The translations under genes were made by a program, and so were the position numbers. DNA of 32,000 nucleotides, from positions 1 to 32,000 of the forward strand of contig CAZECW010000140.1 in NCBI GenBank assembly GCA_964510585.1, in the 5' to 3' direction. The stretch's first letter is position 1; every line of letters starts with the position of its first letter. This document shows positions 27,213 to 32,000 of the stretch, in pieces. The DNA is from an uncultured archaeon. Its GTDB lineage: Archaea > Asgardarchaeota > Jordiarchaeia > Jordiarchaeales > Jordiarchaeaceae. The notes beneath the pieces are model-generated. The model saw nothing but the letters and a program-made list of their open reading frames with translations. It made no database searches and was not told the origin of the DNA.

Positions 27213-29948
27213 TCACTTTTTATTTTGCTTTATTAGGCTCTCTATCTTGCTTAGCATTTCTTGAATTTTCTCTGTTTTTGGTCCGCCTCCCCTAGCTAGT
27301 CTACCTTTTCCGCCTCCACTTCCTCCCACAACTTTTGAAGCTTCTTTAATGATTTCGCTGATGTTAAGATTAACAGATTTTCCCATCATACCTATGACGT
27401 CGACTTTATCGTCTGATTTTGCCAGTACCACCACGGCGTTTGGCTTCTCTTCTGTTATTTTACTTGCGACCTTTATTGCCTCATCTATGCTTAACTTTGT
27501 TTTTTCTATAATGAATTCGTATTCTTCAAATTTCTTCATTTTGTTCATAATTTCCCTGGCTTCGATTTCTGCTATCTCGCTATGCAGCCTTTCGATTTCC
27601 TTGCCTCTCTGTTTCCATTCTTCAAAAAATCTTTCTGCAGCTTTTGGCAATTGAGTTTTGGGGACGCGAAATATGCTTGCTGTTTTTTCCAAAAGGCTGT
27701 CCGTTTCTTGGGAGTAATCAATTGCTGGCGTACCCGCACTAAACTCTAGCCTGACTACGCCATCCTGTATTCTTTCTGCCCCTTTTATCTTGATTAGGCC
27801 TATTTCCCCTGTATTTTTAAGGTGAACACCCCCACATGCCTCAGTGTCCCAGTTTTCTATATCGATAATTCTTATTATACCTCCTGGCACAACACCTCCC
27901 TGATATATTTGAAAGCCGTATTTTTTTTCAGCTTCGTCTCTACGCATCCATTTTGCTGTAACTGGTCTACATTCCATAACTACTTCATTTGCAATTCTTT
28001 CTATTTTTCTAATCTCTTCTGTGTTTAGTGCCTTATAGTGGGTAATGTCTAATCTTGCTCCTTCGGGAGTTTTTTCCGCTCCCGCTTGCCAAATATGTGG
28101 ACCGAGAACCTTCTTAGCGGCGCCATTTACTATGTGTGTAGCGGTATGGTGCCTCATAAGGGCGATTCTTCTATTCCAATCTATTTCTCCTTTAACCTGT
28201 TGTGATGGTTTTAACCCAACTGGTCTATCTAGTCTGTGTACTACCACGTTACCCAATTTTTCAACATTAATAACTTTGTACCCGTCCAATTTTCCTGTAT
28301 CGTGAACCGCTCCGCCACCTGTAGGGTAGAATAGAGTTTGGTCTAATATTATACTAGAGTCTAGAACCTTCAAGATTTTAGCTTCAAACTTCGTCTGGTA
28401 GGGCTGCTCATAGTAGAGAGTTCTAGTTGGAGGCAAATCCTTAAACGCGTCCATTAGAGTATCCTTAGTGCTAGTAAGGGTAACTTTTTCCTTTTTGCTA
28501 CCTAATTGCACATAGAAGTTTCCTGGGATTTCCAGTTTTATATCGAAATTTTCTGCGATTTCTTGCACCATTTCAGGAGAGATTCCTTTCGATTCATAGA
28601 GCTCGATTAAAGTATCTAAATCCAGTTTCTTTTGTCTTTTGAGGAGCCCCTCCACATGCTTTTTGCCCTTCTCCAGTGTTTGATAATATCTTTCACGTTC
28701 AATATTAAAGATGTCATTAATAATGTTCGAAGCTGCTTCCACGCGTCTATATGTTTTTTTCAAATATTCAATATGCTTATGGAAGAGCTCTAAGAAGTCT
28801 AGTTCAAAGCTGTATAGGTCGTTTAGGCTTAAAGCCCGTCTTAGGATAATACGTAAATTGTAGCCGCCCCCAATGTTTGAGGGAATCCCTCCATCTGCGA
28901 TTGCAAAAACAAGTGTTCGAGTATGATCAGAAATAGCGTACAATGCTTCTAGAGGACCTAAAGATTTGTGCAAATCTTCTTGTTCAATGCCTAGTTTTGC
29001 GGCTACATCTCTCCTAGCCTTATCAATATTGTCTACTTCGTCCACGTTAAGAAGACCAGATAGAACAGTGTAACGTCCTAAGAGTTCTTCGTCCACGGAC
29101 ACCCCTGTACTCTCCTTTAGCCAATCCAACACAGGTCCGAAAGTTGCCTCATATATGGTTGGTGAACCTTGAGTAAACCAACCTATACGCTCAACTCCCC
29201 AGCCTACGTCGATTACCTTGATGTCCAATTCTCGGTAAGTACCGTTTGAAGTAAACGCATATTGCATAAATACGTTATTAACTATCTCCAAACCTCTACC
29301 AAAAGCCTCAAGGCAGGGGCCGAAATTACCACCTCCAGCCCATACATCCTCTTTATAACTCACCTCATCTCGATTCAGTTTAAGGCATTTCGTGAGAAAC
29401 TCAAAATTGAGTTCAATGCAACGGTCCATCCAGTAACCCTTACCATCATAATTAAAAGCGTGCTGACCACCCATGACAAATAGGCTTAAATGCCTACCAG
29501 TCTTCCCAACATTATCAATATCGTTGAATCCTTTGCCACCGAACCTTATACAGGGCTGAGGAACCACTAGAGGATTCGCTGGAGGCTCAACGATACCCTC
29601 AACCACATATGGTTGAAAATCAGTAATAGAAGCGATAGTGAATGGAATATCATCCCTCCACCTTGCAACCACGGGATACTCACTTATCCTCGTGTGCCCA
29701 CGCTTCTCAAAGAAGTCACACCAATTCTTAACAGACTCATGAAAATCCCAGCCTCCACCTATTCTACGTCCGATAAACTTGTATCCCCCAACACACTTTG
29801 TATCTCCACAAAATTCATTATCGCTGGTTGTCCAATACCATTCATTACAGGATCTACACTGCCTTCTCTCAAAACCTTCCCTTTTGAACAATTCTACTTC
29901 GTAGCTTTCTTTACCAAACTTTTTCCTCAGCTCCTCTTTGAAAATCAT
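27213..29948 (-). CDS. alaS: Alanine--tRNA ligase (archaeal type)
   Basis: N-terminal Cys motif, VVARWRDD, QPCIR, DVGWGVER, editing-site HHTATH and CGGVH, C-Ala GGSGGG; start at MIFKEE (ORF track 30032). Confidence 0.97.
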   Translation of the reverse strand: MIFKEELRKKFGKESYEVELFKREGFERRQCRSCNEWYWTTSDNEFCGDTKCVGGYKFIGRRIGGGWDFHESVKNWCDFFEKRGHTRISEYPVVARWRDDIPFTIASITDFQPYVVEGIVEPPANPLVVPQPCIRFGGKGFNDIDNVGKTGRHLSLFVMGGQHAFNYDGKGYWMDRCIELNFEFLTKCLKLNRDEVSYKEDVWAGGGNFGPCLEAFGRGLEIVNNVFMQYAFTSNGTYRELDIKVIDVGWGVERIGWFTQGSPTIYEATFGPVLDWLKESTGVSVDEELLGRYTVLSGLLNVDEVDNIDKARRDVAAKLGIEQEDLHKSLGPLEALYAISDHTRTLVFAIADGGIPSNIGGGYNLRIILRRALSLNDLYSFELDFLELFHKHIEYLKKTYRRVEAASNIINDIFNIERERYYQTLEKGKKHVEGLLKRQKKLDLDTLIELYESKGISPEMVQEIAENFDIKLEIPGNFYVQLGSKKEKVTLTSTKDTLMDAFKDLPPTRTLYYEQPYQTKFEAKILKVLDSSIILDQTLFYPTGGGAVHDTGKLDGYKVINVEKLGNVVVHRLDRPVGLKPSQQVKGEIDWNRRIALMRHHTATHIVNGAAKKVLGPHIWQAGAEKTPEGARLDITHYKALNTEEIRKIERIANEVVMECRPVTAKWMRRDEAEKKYGFQIYQGGVVPGGIIRIIDIENWDTEACGGVHLKNTGEIGLIKIKGAERIQDGVVRLEFSAGTPAIDYSQETDSLLEKTASIFRVPKTQLPKAAERFFEEWKQRGKEIERLHSEIAEIEAREIMNKMKKFEEYEFIIEKTKLSIDEAIKVASKITEEKPNAVVVLAKSDDKVDVIGMMGKSVNLNISEIIKEASKVVGGSGGGKGRLARGGGPKTEKIQEMLSKIESLIKQNKK

Positions 29949-30116
29949 TATTCTCAAACCTTCCTTGAACAACAATAATGTACCTAAAACATTGCGGGGT
30001 AATTCTAAAAACTTTATGCATAAAACACACAATTAATTAGAAACCACTAGTAAAATAAAAAGGTGCAAACAAAAATTTTTTCCAATAAACGGTCAAAAAA
30101 TCGCAGAGGATCCATC

Positions 30117-30779
30117 ATGTTTATTAACCATAAAATGCTAGAAGCAGCAGAAGACATGCGATACCTCTTAAACAGAAATTATAACAGAGACCGAGCATTA
30201 AACTTTGTAGGGGATCACTATAAACTAAAAAAAGAGGAACGCTTCATTTTATACAGAGCAGTATACAGCCAAAAAGAAGTTGAAGAAAGAAAAGAGAAAA
30301 CCGTAAACTTCAAAGACCTCAAAGACAAAATACTAACCATAGACGCATACAATGTAATCATAGTCCTCGAAACAATGCTAGAAGAAAAAAACTTAATTGA
30401 CGCTGACGACTCATTTGTGAGAGATATCGCAGGAGTGTTTGGCAAACATAAAATATCAAAAAACACACACCAAGCAATCGACCTAATAATGCAAACACTC
30501 AAACAAAACCCCCCAAAAGAAACACTTGTATTCTTTGACAGCCCAGTAAGCAGGAGCGGAGAACTGGCAGCATTCACGAGAAAAAAAATGGAAGAGCATG
30601 GCATAAAAGGCACTGCACAAGTAGCAAAACAGGCAGATAATGCAGTCATAAAGAGGGGACAAGTGGTGGCCACCAGCGACACAGTCGTACTACAAAAAGC
30701 CAAAAAGGCCTTCGACCTAGCGGGATACATTGTCAGAACAAGAAAATACAAATATCTATACTCCCTAAAGAAAGAGTAG
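30117..30779 (+). CDS. DUF434-domain protein
   Basis: EAAEDMRYLLNRNY..ALNFVGDHYKL, IDAYNV, VRDI, FDSPVSRSGEL, VATSD pattern recalled for DUF434. Confidence 0.8.
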   Translation: MFINHKMLEAAEDMRYLLNRNYNRDRALNFVGDHYKLKKEERFILYRAVYSQKEVEERKEKTVNFKDLKDKILTIDAYNVIIVLETMLEEKNLIDADDSFVRDIAGVFGKHKISKNTHQAIDLIMQTLKQNPPKETLVFFDSPVSRSGELAAFTRKKMEEHGIKGTAQVAKQADNAVIKRGQVVATSDTVVLQKAKKAFDLAGYIVRTRKYKYLYSLKKE

Positions 30780-30845
30780 AAAAATATTTTAAACCCGGTA
30801 AGCCTAATAAACCAGATATTCATAAACCCATCAAAAATTAGGTTT

Positions 30846-30964
30846 GGGCACGTCGCCTAGCCAGGATTTCAGAAACCTGAAAGGGCGCCGACAGTTAGGC
30901 GTACGCCCTCTAAAATCCTGGAGGATAGCCGGTTTCATCAGGGGTTCAAGTCCCCTCGTGCCCG
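30846..30964 (+). tRNA. tRNA-Arg(TCT) with three 14-nt introns (20/21, 29/30, 37/38)
   Basis: Acceptor GGGCACG/CGTGCCC, G73, T arm AGGGG-TTCAAGT-CCCCT. Removing 30868-30881, 30891-30904 and 30913-30926 gives D arm GCCT-AGCCAGGATA-GGGC and anticodon arm CCGGC-CCTCTAA-GCCGG; each intron has 3-nt bulges around a 4-bp helix. Confidence 0.88.
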
Positions 30965-31020
30965 CCTATACTTTTATACATGTGGTTTATTTTTTAAATT
31001 ATTGTTTAAAATTTTTGTTG

Positions 31021-31992
31021 TCATCTTTTAAAGTGTTCGTACCCCTTTGGATATATTCTTCTTTCAGTTTGGTTAGGTAGACGTAGCACCATATTTTTTT
31101 CTTCAGTTACAATTCCTATGGGGTACAAGTTGCCTCCAACGATCTTTACTGCATCTACGGCTTTGTTCCATTTCACGGAAGGAACTGTGACTACAAGTTC
31201 GAATTCTTCGCCACCATACAGTGCAAGATCAAAGTAGTTTAGTCCGTGTTCATTTGCAAACATTTGCACCTCTTTTGGGACGGGTATTGAATCAATAATA
31301 AATCCCACGCCGCTCATCTGTGAGATCTCGTAAAGCGACCAAGCTAGACCGTCGCTACTATCAATGCTGGAGGACGCGAGACCCCGCTCAGATAGAACTA
31401 TCCCTTCTTTCAAACGGGCATGAGGTTCATAAATGGCGCGTAAACCCAACTCTTTAGTCCTCGAGTCAGCGCTCAATTTTTCGAATAGTATCTTGAAGCC
31501 CATGGCGGTTAAGCCGAAATGTCCAGTAACAGCTACTATGTCTCCAGGATGCGCCCCCCTGCGTGAAACGATTTTATTTCTTTCAACTATCCCAAAAACG
31601 GCTCCCGAAACCACAAGATCGGAACACTCATTGGTATCACCCCCCAAGTAATAAAATCCATACTCCCTGCAACCCGCATTTAGTCCCTTAACCAAATCTG
31701 CAGCTTCATCCCGAGTTGTCCCCCTCGGAAAACCCAGGGAGAAAACGCCACCCATTGGTTTGGCGCCCTTAGCAACAACATCGCTCACATTCATAACAGC
31801 TGCTTTTCGCCCCACCTGCCAATATGTCATACCAGGAGGAACATCTGTTTTACCCACAAGCATATCTGTGTTAACTATCAGAACATCGTTTCCGAAAGGA
31901 ATCCCCACAGCGTCATCACCATAAGGCAAAACCGCACGCGGAAAGCTATCGATTAAGGTGTGAAATAATTCAATTAATCCACGCTCACCCAC
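31021..31992 (-). CDS. thiL: Thiamine-monophosphate kinase (5' end may extend past the window edge)
   Basis: GERGLI, GDDAV, NTDML, NVSDVVAKGAKP, GGDT, DSSDGL, GGEEFEL. Confidence 0.94.
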   Translation of the reverse strand: MGERGLIELFHTLIDSFPRAVLPYGDDAVGIPFGNDVLIVNTDMLVGKTDVPPGMTYWQVGRKAAVMNVSDVVAKGAKPMGGVFSLGFPRGTTRDEAADLVKGLNAGCREYGFYYLGGDTNECSDLVVSGAVFGIVERNKIVSRRGAHPGDIVAVTGHFGLTAMGFKILFEKLSADSRTKELGLRAIYEPHARLKEGIVLSERGLASSSIDSSDGLAWSLYEISQMSGVGFIIDSIPVPKEVQMFANEHGLNYFDLALYGGEEFELVVTVPSVKWNKAVDAVKIVGGNLYPIGIVTEEKNMVLRLPNQTERRIYPKGYEHFKR

Positions 31993-32000
31993 ATCTTCCA

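Noticed and set aside
30908-30914. CT-CTA-AA could be read as an amber (CUA, tRNA-Pyl-like) anticodon loop
   Set aside because: No flanking stem forms in that register; the BHB-defined splice gives a perfect CCGGC/GCCGG stem with UCU and Arg identity elements; no pyl genes in the window.
2288-31651. Numerous antisense or overlapping ORFs in the track (e.g. 7550-7975, 10198-10677, 13858-14076, 14266-14595, 22312-22929, 30218-30823)
   Set aside because: Shadows of well-supported genes on the opposite strand, lengthened by compositional skew; no independent motifs.
1-32000. CRISPR arrays, rRNA, integrases/transposases, defence systems
   Set aside because: No regularly spaced repeats, rRNA-like tracts or such proteins were seen; both tRNA flanks lack att-like duplications within the window.

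Overview
Archaeal core-genome window, very probably from an Asgard archaeon (a eukaryote-like ESCRT-II Vps25 sits next to a MIT-domain Vps4; inference from protein similarity, lineage not resolvable by eye). It is dominated by conserved informational genes: a nep1 | rpp21-yhbY-rps19e-PDCD5-rpl39e-rpl31e-eIF6-rpl18a(LX)-pfdA-ftsY cluster, a dtdA | ftsZ-secE-spt5-rpl11-rpl1-rpl10-rpl12 cluster, radA, class I lysS, alaS, rps28e, rpl24e, ndk, argF and thiL. Two tRNA genes absent from the ORF track are interrupted by multiple bulge-helix-bulge (BHB) introns: tRNA-Gly(GCC) with 2 and tRNA-Arg(TCT) with 3, each of the latter 14 nt. The most notable observations are a co-oriented vps4-vps25-sepF cassette that places ESCRT genes beside the FtsZ membrane anchor with no ESCRT-III gene in the window, a leucine-zipper extension on this Vps25, a ~210-nt multi-stem structured element directly upstream of radA, the multi-intron tRNAs (one with C33), and a sharp gene-orientation-independent G/C skew flip at tRNA-Gly. 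No CRISPR array, rRNA or recognisable mobile element was seen. All calls are from reading the sequence and recalled family motifs; no searches were run.
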